A stretch of DNA of 61,515 bases, the filler included, from Anaerolineae bacterium (GTDB lineage: Bacteria; Chloroflexota; Anaerolineae; Epilineales; Epilineaceae), in the NCBI GenBank assembly GCA_029262755.1. It is 7 parts of 7 records of this genome, joined end to end, with 100 filler letters (N's around TTAATTAATTAA, not from the genome) between each part and the next. Parts side by side here need not be neighbours in the genome. Positions count along the whole stretch, not along the records: positions 30,542 to 48,334 come from JAJCYU010000318.1; positions 48,435 to 55,559 come from JAJCYU010000320.1; 5 more parts are not named here. One strand, given 5' to 3'. The notes beneath the pieces are model-generated. The model worked only from the letters and a program-made list of their open reading frames with translations, was not told the DNA's origin and made no database searches. Numbering within the stretch: the first letter of the stretch is position 1; every line of letters starts with the position of its first letter. Shown here piece after piece: positions 44,904 through 53,910 of this stretch. The position numbers and the translations under genes are program-made.

Positions 44904-47324
44904 ATGCCATCTATGACGCGACATTCCGGAGCGAGCTCGACGTGCGGCCACGCGTGCGTGCGGCGGGCCGCCACGGCGTGCCCAGCGCGCGCTATTAACG
45001 GGGCCGGACTTACGAGTCGCGGGTGCGGCCGACTCGGCCTCTTGCGCACGGTGGTGGCGGGCATGATCCTGGCGCTCGTGGCCATGGGTTCGCCGGTTGC
45101 GACTCTCGCACAACCAACGAACATCGCGCCTCTTGCGGGCGAAGGGGCCGACGCATCCTCCGCGTTGTCTGTCAGGCCGTTACCACGAGTCGTCACGCGA
45201 TCGTTCGCACAAACCGAAGCGCAAACCGCGACCCTCACCGCGCCCCTACCGGCGTGGGGCGGCATCGGGCTCCGCGCAGTGCGGCACGAGGGCGGTGCCA
45301 TCGCCGACGTGGCGGCGGATCCCGCACGGCGCGTGGCGTGGGTCGCGATCGGGCCGCGCGTCCAGGCGCTGCGAACGACGTATCGCGGCTTCGCGCAGCT
45401 CGGCCGAACCGGCGTGTTGCCCGGGCTGGTAACCGCGGTGGAGGTGAGCGGCGACGACGTGCTGGCCATCGACGATGCGTCGCCGCACGGGCTGTGGTGG
45501 ATCGACGGCCGGGCGCCCGAAGTAGGGATGGTCGCGCAGCCCATCGACGTCGGGGCTCGGGCGCGTGCGGTTGCGACGCACGCGCGGGAGGCGGTTGTCG
45601 TCGCGGGGGAGGAGCTCGTGTACCTCGCGTTGCACGAGGGGGCGCCGCCGACCGTGAGGCTTCGGCACCGTCTTGCCGGAATTGATCGGGCTCCCAACTC
45701 ACCGGTGAAAGAGGTGGAACTATCCGAAAGGCACGTCGCGTTCATGTATGGCACAGGAAGGATCGTGCTGCTGAAGCGCGAAGCCGGGAGGGCTTCCCGG
45801 CTCGCCCCTGTGCGGTGGGCGGACCATTCCTCTGTCCAGGCCCTCCACCTCGGACAGCGCGAATTGTACAAGCTACATGAGGATCATGTGGAACTGTGGC
45901 CCCTTGAGTATTCCTCGACGCATTACAACTGGAACACAAGATTCGGCCAGCACCGCGACGTAGTATTCGACGGGCCTCGCGCGGGGGTACTTACGTATGG
46001 GCTGGGAACCGCGGAAGCAAGCGTCGCCACCTTCGTTCATGGCCCGGCGGGACGAATCGACCAACTCGCCGACGCTCGTGCTCTGCCCGCGCCGCACCCC
46101 AGTCGGTCGAGGCTCAGCCCGTACCGAGTCGCACGTATTGCGGGCGGTTACGTCGCAGTGGTGGGCGCCGGAAGGCTCCACTATGTGCCGGACGCGAACT
46201 TGGCCGCGGGCGATCGAGCCGCGTTGCGGCCGTGGTATGCGCTTCCGGGTTCGGTGGCGGACATCGCAGCCGGTGCAACCGAGTTCGCAGTTGCGGACCA
46301 CATGCATGGGGTGACGATCTTTGATCAAGCGGCAACGGGCACCCGGGACCGCTCCGCCTCTTCTCGATGGGAAGATGCCGCGGCGCCTCGAGATCTTTTG
46401 CGCACCGTACAGCTCACGTGGATCGCGGACAGGCTCTGGCGAACGACGAACAAGGGGGCCGTGGTCTTGGATGTCGGGCGCGATACGCGTCCGAGCGAAG
46501 TGCAAAGGGTTCTCGCCAACGAAGCGTCGTCCATGGCCAGCGACGATCAACACGTGTTCCTTTGCGCGGACTATCGCATGTACATCTTCGACGGCGCGAT
46601 TGCTCGCGGCGGCATCGAGCATTCCGACTTCCATACACTGTGCGCGGGCGTACTTCACGCGCGCCAGGGTACGCGACTCTGGGAGTGGCGCCCAAGGTCT
46701 CGTCTTGAAGCGACGTACATGAACGGAACGCAGCCCGTTCACCACGTGCGTGGGAACGGTCCATCCATTGGTGCACCTGCGGCGCTGCTCGGATGGCGCG
46801 ACTACCTTCTCGCCGTAGCAGCACCATCCGGCAGCAGCGGCGGTGCGGACCGCTTCCTCGTCCTCGATGTCGCCAACGCAGGCAACCCGCGCGTTGTGGG
46901 GCAGCTCGACCTCGGCCCGAGCGCGCTCGGGCTGCGTGTCGGCCCGGCGGCGCCCCCGCCCCGTATCATCGTGCGCGGTACCGAGGCGGCGATCGTCCAT
47001 CCGCGCATCGGCTTCGTGCTCATCGACATCAGCATGCCGAGCCAACCGGACGAGATCGGTCGCATCACGCCTCCCGGCACGGTTAGCGCAGCCGCGCCTA
47101 CGGACGACGGTTGGCTGGTCGGCACGGTGCTCGGCGGGCTTACGTGGGTAGAGCGCGGCAGCCCGCCCAGGAGCGCTGCGCCGGCTCGTTCGGGGCGCAT
47201 TGGACCGCCGGTGGCGGCGCCGCCGGCGAAGGGCCGCTCGATCGTGCTGCCTTGGCTGTCGCGGAAGGTAGGCGGGGTCGCGGAGTCGAGTACCAATGGG
47301 CTTGACGAGTCGCGAGGACGATAG
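44904..47324 (+). CDS. Secreted LVIVD-like beta-propeller protein with IVLP tail (start uncertain, could be as late as 45063)
   Basis: HEGGAIADVA..P.R.VAWVAIGPRV..L....LGRTGVLP matches the N-terminus of 32710..34926; LVLDVANAGNPRVVGQL, LIDISMPSQP.EIG; RSIVLPWLSRK. Confidence 0.8.
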   Translation: MPSMTRHSGASSTCGHACVRRAATACPARAINGAGLTSRGCGRLGLLRTVVAGMILALVAMGSPVATLAQPTNIAPLAGEGADASSALSVRPLPRVVTRSFAQTEAQTATLTAPLPAWGGIGLRAVRHEGGAIADVAADPARRVAWVAIGPRVQALRTTYRGFAQLGRTGVLPGLVTAVEVSGDDVLAIDDASPHGLWWIDGRAPEVGMVAQPIDVGARARAVATHAREAVVVAGEELVYLALHEGAPPTVRLRHRLAGIDRAPNSPVKEVELSERHVAFMYGTGRIVLLKREAGRASRLAPVRWADHSSVQALHLGQRELYKLHEDHVELWPLEYSSTHYNWNTRFGQHRDVVFDGPRAGVLTYGLGTAEASVATFVHGPAGRIDQLADARALPAPHPSRSRLSPYRVARIAGGYVAVVGAGRLHYVPDANLAAGDRAALRPWYALPGSVADIAAGATEFAVADHMHGVTIFDQAATGTRDRSASSRWEDAAAPRDLLRTVQLTWIADRLWRTTNKGAVVLDVGRDTRPSEVQRVLANEASSMASDDQHVFLCADYRMYIFDGAIARGGIEHSDFHTLCAGVLHARQGTRLWEWRPRSRLEATYMNGTQPVHHVRGNGPSIGAPAALLGWRDYLLAVAAPSGSSGGADRFLVLDVANAGNPRVVGQLDLGPSALGLRVGPAAPPPRIIVRGTEAAIVHPRIGFVLIDISMPSQPDEIGRITPPGTVSAAAPTDDGWLVGTVLGGLTWVERGSPPRSAAPARSGRIGPPVAAPPAKGRSIVLPWLSRKVGGVAESSTNGLDESRGR

Positions 47325-47533
47325 GGCCTTGCATCTGCGGTTGGGAGGCGGCCGGTCGAGGGAGTTCGCCCCGTTACTCGGGTACGTATCGTACGGGGTA
47401 TTGCCGCGCATGTGTGGCGCAACTATGTCGCGAGCGCGGCGCGCGACTCCTTGAACATTGACCGTTGGTTCCCTCAAGCTAGAGGTCCGATTCGGCTCCA
47501 GCTCGGAACACGCTGCTGCTATGATGGCATCCT

Positions 47534-48127
47534 ATGATCGAAGTCCTCTCGGAAGCACCCTTGACCCCCACCACGGCCCTCGGACCATACCGGGTCGCGG
47601 ACTACCAGGCGCTGCCCGATGAACCGCGCGTGGAGCTCGTGTACGGCCGGTTGTTGCTGATGTCGAGCCCCGTTGTGCGCCACCAAGTAGTGCTCATGCA
47701 ACTGCTTGAGCACCTGCGCGCGACTATGCGTCCGCGCGGCGGACGCGTGCTGGTAGCTCCTATGGACGTCACGCTGGCGGACCATTCCGTGGTGCAGCCC
47801 GACCTGCTGCTGGTGATGCAGGAGCGTGCGAACATCATCGGCGACCGCGTCCAGGGCGCGCCCGACCTGCTCGTGGAAATCCTGTCCCCCTCCACGGCCC
47901 GGCTCGACCGCGGCGACAAGCTGCGTCTCTACGCCGAGAGCGGTGTGCGCGAGTACTGGCTGGTCGATCCGGAAGCCCGTGCGATCGAGTTTCTCGAACA
48001 ACGCGAGGCCCGTTGGCTCGTCGCCCTACCGCGCGGCGGAACGTACCGCTCAGCGGCTATCACCGGCCTCGAGCTCGAGCTCGGTGTGCTGTGGTCGGCG
48101 GTCGCGACGGAGATGGGCGAGGAGTAG
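47534..48127 (+). CDS. Uma2/DUF820 family endonuclease-like protein, second copy
   Basis: Same length (197 aa) and about 70% identical by manual count to 31130..31723. Confidence 0.93.
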   Translation: MIEVLSEAPLTPTTALGPYRVADYQALPDEPRVELVYGRLLLMSSPVVRHQVVLMQLLEHLRATMRPRGGRVLVAPMDVTLADHSVVQPDLLLVMQERANIIGDRVQGAPDLLVEILSPSTARLDRGDKLRLYAESGVREYWLVDPEARAIEFLEQREARWLVALPRGGTYRSAAITGLELELGVLWSAVATEMGEE

Positions 48128-48154
48128 AGGGCGCGCAGGAAGGGGCGTGTTAGA

Positions 48155-48334
48155 GACCTCGGCCCGAGTGCGCGTGGGGCCCGACTGGGTCAGGCGGCGC
48201 CCCCGCCCCGTATCATCGTACGCGGTTCCGAGGTGGCGATCGTCCATCCGCGCATCGGCTTCGTACTCATCGACATCAGCGTGCCAGGCCAACCGGACGA
48301 GATCAGACGCATCACGCTTCCCGGCACGGTTAGC
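48155..48334 (+). pseudogene. Orphan 3' fragment paralogous to 46908..47087
   Basis: 180-bp ungapped match with 21 mismatches by manual count; no start codon; runs into the contig end. Confidence 0.8.
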
Positions 48335-48434
48335 NNNNNNNNNNNNNNNNNNNNNNNNNNNNNNNNNNNNNNNNNNNNTTAATTAATTAANNNNNNNNNN
48401 NNNNNNNNNNNNNNNNNNNNNNNNNNNNNNNNNN
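48335..48434. other. Artificial contig-joining spacer
   Basis: N-run + TTAATTAATTAA + N-run. Confidence 0.98.
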
Positions 48435-48715
48435 GCTCCGCTTCCGTTTTGGGCTCGAACGCTAACAAGGTCGCCAACCGAGGGCGTTGCTGCGCCGCTG
48501 TGCTGGTTCGCTGAGACGAAGGAATGGCTGCGCTATTGCTGAGGAACAGCGGGCCGGCACAGCGGATGCAGCGACGGCCGAATTGGTGAGATTGTTGACG
48601 GACGAGCCCTTAAGGGCCCGGACCGTCGTTGCCCTTTTCTCTCGTTACTGGTATGCATCGGCGCCGGCCGCACGCTCCGCTGCCACGGATCCCAAGCACC
48701 GATCGAGGAGACCCC

Positions 48716-49066
48716 ATGTCCATCCACTATCTCGAGATCGTCACCCCCGAAGTCGACGTCGCCTGCTCCGTGTACGCCCAGGCGCACGGCGTGACCTTCG
48801 GCGAGCCACGGGCGGAGCTGGGCAACGCCCGCACGGCCACCTTGGGCGACGGCACCCTCGTCGGCGTGCGCGCGCCCATGCACGAGTCGGAGGAGCCGGT
48901 CGTGCGGCCCTACGCCTTGGTGGACGACGTCCGGGCGGCCACGGACGCGGCCGAGGCGGCCGGCGCCATGATCGCGCATCCGCCGCTCGAGATACCGGGC
49001 GTCGGAACGTTCGCGATCTTCTTCGTCGGCAGCACGCAGCACGGACTCTGGCAGCTACCTTCGTAG
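48716..49066 (+). CDS. VOC/glyoxalase-like protein
   Basis: GAGGAG RBS; IHYLEIVT, VRPYALVDDV, HPPLEIPGVGTFAIF, HGLWQ. Confidence 0.85.
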   Translation: MSIHYLEIVTPEVDVACSVYAQAHGVTFGEPRAELGNARTATLGDGTLVGVRAPMHESEEPVVRPYALVDDVRAATDAAEAAGAMIAHPPLEIPGVGTFAIFFVGSTQHGLWQLPS

Positions 49067-49269
49067 GCGGGCGCTATCGCGAGCGCAACGTCGGACGGCA
49101 TTCTTTGGACCGGCCACCGGCCGTCGGCTAGGGTGGGGAAACGAGCGGAACGTCGGAACCATGTACGCGATCGGCCAGCCGGATTCATGGTCCGTCCCGA
49201 CACGCAACATGAATTGCGTTGGATCCGCGCGACACCGAGCAACGCACCCCACACCTTGAGGAGCGCATC

Positions 49270-49557
49270 GTGAAGAAGTTCCTGTTACTGCACATGGGAT
49301 TTGAAATGCCCACGCCGGAGATCATGGAAGGCTGGAACGCTTGGTTCGCCTCCATCGCCGACCAGACCGTCCAGAACATCGGTTTTGCGGGCGGACGCGA
49401 GTTGACCGCCGACGGCACCACGGAACTCGGCTGGGACGCGGACGCCCTCACCGGCTGCTCGATCATCCACGCCGAGGACATGGACGCAGCAGAGAAGATC
49501 GCGTCGGAATGCCCCTACATCACGGGCATCCGCGTGTACGAGGTGCGGGAACACTAA
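49270..49557 (+). CDS. YCII-related small protein
   Basis: GAGGAG RBS; KFLLLH..W.AWF, LTGCSIIHAEDMDAAEKIASECP...IRVYEV. Confidence 0.75.
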   Translation: MKKFLLLHMGFEMPTPEIMEGWNAWFASIADQTVQNIGFAGGRELTADGTTELGWDADALTGCSIIHAEDMDAAEKIASECPYITGIRVYEVREH

Positions 49558-49605
49558 GGGCACCGAGCAGCGAGATTCGAAGCAGCGTGATGCATTGAAA
49601 CATGG

Positions 49606-49642
49606 CCAAGGGCGGCGCGGAAGATATCCGCGCCGCCCTTGG
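49606..49642. terminator. Strong hairpin between convergent genes
   Basis: Perfect 16-bp stem CCAAGGGCGGCGCGGA / TCCGCGCCGCCCTTGG; right arm followed by 14-bp tandem copies; no U-tract. Confidence 0.6.
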
Positions 49643-49824
49643 ATTGCTGCCCTTGGATTGCCGCCCTTCTTCATCATCCAGTCCTGCGCGTTCAGCCCAC
49701 GTGCGCCGGACTACCCTTTCTTCGGACTCGCATCTTGTCATCCTGGATCGGATGGTAGCAAGCGTGCCGATGCGCTGCGGCGGATGCTTCAGTGCTAGCC
49801 CGTCCGAATCATTGTGGCCCTGTG

Positions 49825-50361
49825 CTAGGTCATGTCCATGTAATCGGTGGCAATGGTCTTGACAATCTCGAACTCGAGGGAGGACTCGTCCATCGCGCTC
49901 AGGTCGGCCGACCAGTGCTCGTTGTGCTTCATGCGGCCGAGCAGTGCCTTTTCCAATTGGAGGGTGACCGCCAGATAGTGACGGTCGCCGACCTGCAGCA
50001 CGAGCTGCGGGGCGAGTGTGCTGACGTTAAAGTCCTGACGCGGATTCTGCCAAAGGCTGTCGAGCCAACGCTCGGCGTCGGCATGGGACGTGATCGCATC
50101 CGGGCACATCGGTAGACCGGTGCGCCCCGAGGCCTGGTCGTAGAACACGTGGATCGACGGCGGAGGTGGGTTTTCCCCGAGCCCGGACGCGGAATCGAAC
50201 ACCGCGAGGATGAGGCCGAGCCATTCGTACTTGGCGAGCAGATCGGGAAGGATGTCGCTGACATACGGCTCGATCGGAGGATGAGCATCGTCGTTGGGGT
50301 GTGGGATGAGCCCGACACGCTCCAATATCTGAACCGTCTCGGGGGCTGGTGAATCGGCCAT
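49825..50361 (-). CDS. Hypothetical protein
   Basis: AAGGAGG RBS; protein-like composition; no family recognised. Confidence 0.65.
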   Translation of the reverse strand: MADSPAPETVQILERVGLIPHPNDDAHPPIEPYVSDILPDLLAKYEWLGLILAVFDSASGLGENPPPPSIHVFYDQASGRTGLPMCPDAITSHADAERWLDSLWQNPRQDFNVSTLAPQLVLQVGDRHYLAVTLQLEKALLGRMKHNEHWSADLSAMDESSLEFEIVKTIATDYMDMT

Positions 50362-50549
50362 TCGTGCGCCTCCTTGGCGTTCCTGAGGGCGACGTGCCGA
50401 TACCGCTCACGCGCCCCTAAGCGTACAGCCACGTGCAAGGAGACGTAGGTTCTCGTGTTTTGAGCGGGGACAACAACGATGCCGCGGCCGTTGCCTACGG
50501 CGCTGTACGCGGGCGACGGAGCTCCGGCCCACCCCTGCCCCAAGTCGTC

Positions 50550-50595
50550 TTGACGTGAGGCCTAGCCTATTGTACCCTGGGTACAGCTGGTACAA
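50550..50595 (+). promoter_or_regulatory. Sigma70-type promoter overlapped by a palindromic GntR/YtrA operator
   Basis: TTGACG-17-TACCCT; TGTACC-CTG-GGTACA and TTGTACC-N12-GGTACAA inverted repeats. Confidence 0.65.
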
Positions 50596-50615
50596 GCCAA
50601 TGGAAGGGTCAGCGT

Positions 50616-51011
50616 GTGAAAATCACCATCGATGTCGATGACGACGTGCCTCTCTTCACGCAGCTGATCGAGCAGATCAAGGGTGCGGTGCAGAGCGAAC
50701 GGATCCGGCCGGGCGATCCGTTGCCCTCCATTCGCCAACTCGCCGGCGACTTGCGGGTCAACAACAAGACCGTCGCCAAGGCCTACCAGCTGTTGGAGCG
50801 GGACGCCGTCATCCAGACCAAGGGCTACCGCGGGACCTTTGTCCATCCGGATGCCAAGGCCAACAGCGCCGTCGACCTGAACGCCACCGTCGTGCGTCGA
50901 TTGCGTGCAGCGGTCGATGGCCTGCGCGCCGCGGGCGCGACGGATTCGGAGATTCGGATTGCATTCGGCGACGTAATGCGAAACCGTGACACCTCGGAGG
51001 AAACAGCATGA
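50616..51011 (+). CDS. GntR-family regulator, YtrA subfamily
   Basis: PLFTQLIEQI, LPSIRQLA.DL.VN..TVAKAY..LE, RGTFV; short C-terminal domain. Confidence 0.92.
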   Translation: MKITIDVDDDVPLFTQLIEQIKGAVQSERIRPGDPLPSIRQLAGDLRVNNKTVAKAYQLLERDAVIQTKGYRGTFVHPDAKANSAVDLNATVVRRLRAAVDGLRAAGATDSEIRIAFGDVMRNRDTSEETA

Positions 51012-51868
51012 CGGACGCGTGGCTTCGAACTGTGATTCAACTCGTGTTTCTAAGCCAGGTTCTGCTGATCTCCTACGTGCTCCCGCGGCAGGTGCTCGCC
51101 CGCATGCGCCGCATCGTGAGCAGCTACCCGCCCGCCACGCATCCCCGACTCTATCCCGTATCCCTCGACCGCGTGGCGGCGGCCCAGAGAACCTACGATC
51201 GGCTAAACCGCGCAGCGCTGGCGGTCGGGCTCGGCGTCGCGGTCACCGACCGTTTATGGCCGAACGGCGGCTGGGTCGATTGGGACAACGAGCTGCTGCT
51301 CATCGGCTTTCTGCTGCTGCAATTGGCGCCGCTGCTGGTCGCGCGGCGTGCGGGCTTCGCGTACTTCAACCTCCAACGCCGGACCGACCCACGTACGACG
51401 CGCAGCGCCGATCTCAGGCCGCGGCGACTTCTCGATCACGTCTCTCCTGCGCTGCTGGTCTTGGCGGGCTTCGTCTACGCCGCCTTCGTGCTGCAAGTGC
51501 TCCTCGTGGGACGGCATGACTACCCTTGGTTCGGTGGAAACCTGAACATCGTCTTCATGACGGGGATGAACCTCTTCCTCGCGGGGGTCGTGCTGTTCGC
51601 CTTGCGCGGCAAGCGTAAGGACCCGTATCAGGATCCCGCCGATCGCGAGCGGCTGATGGGGATCGCCGTCCGCAATGCCGTCTGGACAAGCATCATCGCG
51701 ACGGGCTTCGTCGCCCTACAGATCGGGCTGGGCGCACTGGACCTGGCATCGCTCAAGCCGATCGCACTCAGCCTGTACTTCCAGGTTCTGGCGCTGCTCA
51801 GCTTCCGCGGTTTCGACATCGAGCAGGTGAACTTCGAGGTCTACCGCGAGGACCCCGTGCCCGCGTGA
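51008..51868 (+). CDS. Multi-pass membrane protein coupled to the GntR gene
   Basis: ATGA overlap; about 7 hydrophobic helices. Confidence 0.8.
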   Translation: MTDAWLRTVIQLVFLSQVLLISYVLPRQVLARMRRIVSSYPPATHPRLYPVSLDRVAAAQRTYDRLNRAALAVGLGVAVTDRLWPNGGWVDWDNELLLIGFLLLQLAPLLVARRAGFAYFNLQRRTDPRTTRSADLRPRRLLDHVSPALLVLAGFVYAAFVLQVLLVGRHDYPWFGGNLNIVFMTGMNLFLAGVVLFALRGKRKDPYQDPADRERLMGIAVRNAVWTSIIATGFVALQIGLGALDLASLKPIALSLYFQVLALLSFRGFDIEQVNFEVYREDPVPA

Positions 51869-51939
51869 TGCTCATGCGCATTCGTGATGCTCATGCAAAG
51901 TGTCGAAACCGGTGGGCCTGATATCGAATCCGGTGGGCC

Positions 51940-51966
51940 TGTCGATATCGCGGATCGAGATTCGTA
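51940..51966 (+). promoter_or_regulatory. Candidate ECF42-type promoter
   Basis: TGTCGA-17-CGTA upstream of the DGPF/ECF operon; the ECF42 consensus as I recall it is TGTCGA / CG(A/T)C. Confidence 0.6.
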
Positions 51967-52043
51967 GAGAGGGTGAAGGCGGGAGTCGCCTGCCGACGAC
52001 GACAAGCACGCCCACAATCACACCCATCCAGGAGAGCAGTCCG

Positions 52044-52406
52044 ATGACCCACTATCTCTTGTCCGTTCACTCAGTTGCCGGCCAAGTCCACGAGCCGATG
52101 ACCGAAGCACAGATGCAGCAGTCGTGGCAGCGGATCCAGAAGCTCGAGGAGGAGATGAAGGCCGGCGGCGCGTGGGTCTTCTCCGGCAAGCTACACGAGC
52201 CGGATACGGCCACGGTCGTGCGCTACGACAACGGCGAACTGCTGACCACCGACGGCCCCTTCTCCGAATCAAAGGAGCACATCGGTGGCTTCTACATCAT
52301 CGAAGCGCCGGACCTCGATGCAGCGCTTGGTTGGGCGGCAAAGGTAACCGATTGCATCTCGGCGCCGATCGAAGTGTGGCCCTTCGCCGGCTTCGCCAAG
52401 GACTAG
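52044..52406 (+). CDS. YciI/DGPF-family protein
   Basis: AGGAG RBS; ATVVR...TTDGPFSESKEHIGGFYIIEA.DLDAA..WA. Confidence 0.93.
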   Translation: MTHYLLSVHSVAGQVHEPMTEAQMQQSWQRIQKLEEEMKAGGAWVFSGKLHEPDTATVVRYDNGELLTTDGPFSESKEHIGGFYIIEAPDLDAALGWAAKVTDCISAPIEVWPFAGFAKD

Positions 52407-52435
52407 AGCGGGCCGCAACACGTTGGAGCCTCACC

Positions 52436-53686
52436 ATGGGCCGGACCCAATCCGGTGACGCAGATACGAACGAGATCACGTTGGCCGCGATCGGCCGGAC
52501 ATTCCGCGAGGAGTCCGGCCGGTCCGTGGCCACCCTGATCCGCGTCTTCGGCGACATCGATATCGCAGAGGACGCGGTGCAGGAGGCCTTCACGGTTGCG
52601 CTGCGTCGTTGGCCTGTGGAAGGCAGACCAGCGAACCCGGGTGGCTGGATTACAACCACCGCCCGTCGCCGTGCCATCGACCGTCTGCGTAGGGCCTCGC
52701 GCGAACAAGAGCTGCTCCGGACGATCACGGCATCGCCTGTTGCTTCGCCGGATCCCGCGACGTCGCCGGAAACCGGTCCCTTGCCGGATGACTCCCTGCG
52801 GTTGATCTTTACGTGCTGCCACCCGGCTTTGTCGGCCGAGGCGCAGGTGGCGCTGACCCTGCGCCTGTTGGGCGGGCTGAGCACGGGCGAGGTGGCACGG
52901 GCCTTCCTCGTCGCGGAAGCGACCATGGCGCAGCGCCTGGTGCGCGCCAAGCGCAAGATCAAGGCGGCCGGCATTCCCTATCGGGTACCGGATCCGGAGG
53001 ATCTACCGACACGATTGCGCCCGGTGCTCTCCGTGCTCTACCTGATCTACAACGCCGGCGCGGACGGGCCCGGTGGCGCGGATCTGCGCTCGGAGGCCAT
53101 CCGGTTGACGCGCGCCGTGGCCGCGTTGATGCCCGCGGAGGAAGAGGTGGCCGGCCTGCTGGCGCTCATGCTGCTGCTCGAGGCCCGTCGGCCTGCGCGC
53201 TTCGACACCGGCGGCGCACTGGTGCTGCTCGGCGATCAGGATCGCGGCCTGTGGAACCGCAGCTTGGCCGAGGAGGGCCAGGCGATCGTGCGCGCTTGCC
53301 TTCAGCGGGATCGCCCCGGTCCCTACCAGCTCCAGGCAGCCATCAACGCCGTGCACGCGGATGCCTCCGAGGCGGAGGCCACCGACTGGCGGCAGATCGT
53401 AGCGCTCTACAGCCAGCTGCTCGCCATCGCTCCGACGCCGATCGTGGCTCTCAACCGGGCCATCGCCGTCGGCGAGGTCGAGGGGCCGGCGCCCGCTCTC
53501 GCTCTGGTCGATGCTCTACCGCTGGACCACTACCACCTGTTCCACGCCACACGCGCCGCGCTGTTGCGCCGGTTGACGCGAACGGAGGAGGCGGTCGCGG
53601 CCTACACGGAGGCCGTCGTCCTCGCGCCGAGCGACACGGACCGCCGCTTTCTCGAGGATCAGCTGGCGGCGCTGCGGAAGTCGTAG
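52436..53686 (+). CDS. ECF sigma factor with C-terminal TPR-like extension (ECF42-type)
   Basis: AEDAVQEAF..AL..WP, DD.LRLIFTCCHPAL, AFLV.E.TMAQRLVRAK.KI, GPYQLQAAI.AVH, TDW.QIVALY, LNRAIAV. Confidence 0.93.
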   Translation: MGRTQSGDADTNEITLAAIGRTFREESGRSVATLIRVFGDIDIAEDAVQEAFTVALRRWPVEGRPANPGGWITTTARRRAIDRLRRASREQELLRTITASPVASPDPATSPETGPLPDDSLRLIFTCCHPALSAEAQVALTLRLLGGLSTGEVARAFLVAEATMAQRLVRAKRKIKAAGIPYRVPDPEDLPTRLRPVLSVLYLIYNAGADGPGGADLRSEAIRLTRAVAALMPAEEEVAGLLALMLLLEARRPARFDTGGALVLLGDQDRGLWNRSLAEEGQAIVRACLQRDRPGPYQLQAAINAVHADASEAEATDWRQIVALYSQLLAIAPTPIVALNRAIAVGEVEGPAPALALVDALPLDHYHLFHATRAALLRRLTRTEEAVAAYTEAVVLAPSDTDRRFLEDQLAALRKS

Positions 53687-53910
53687 CCGAGTCGGCCACG
53701 TCGCGCGGGATGCGCCGGGCATCGTGGTGGATAGCCGGCAGTGATGGCCGCCAACGTCATCCGCGTCGAGCGCGCCGTCCCTATCCTGGCGTTCGTTGCC
53801 GGCGATGTACTTCGAGTACAACTGGTCTCGCCAACTTGCAGGAGCCTGCCCTACCACACCTGCGGCCGGCCTCTCTCCACGTTCGATCCGCCCCGCCATC
53901 GGAGCCCTCC

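Noticed and set aside
48125..48160. Stop-codon readthrough fusing Uma2 to the propeller fragment
   Set aside because: Being in the same frame has a 1-in-3 chance, the paralogous Uma2 ends at the same position, and no recoding signal is evident.
46908..48334. Possible diversity-generating retroelement TR/VR pair
   Set aside because: Mismatches involve all four bases in both copies rather than adenines in one, and no reverse transcriptase is visible.
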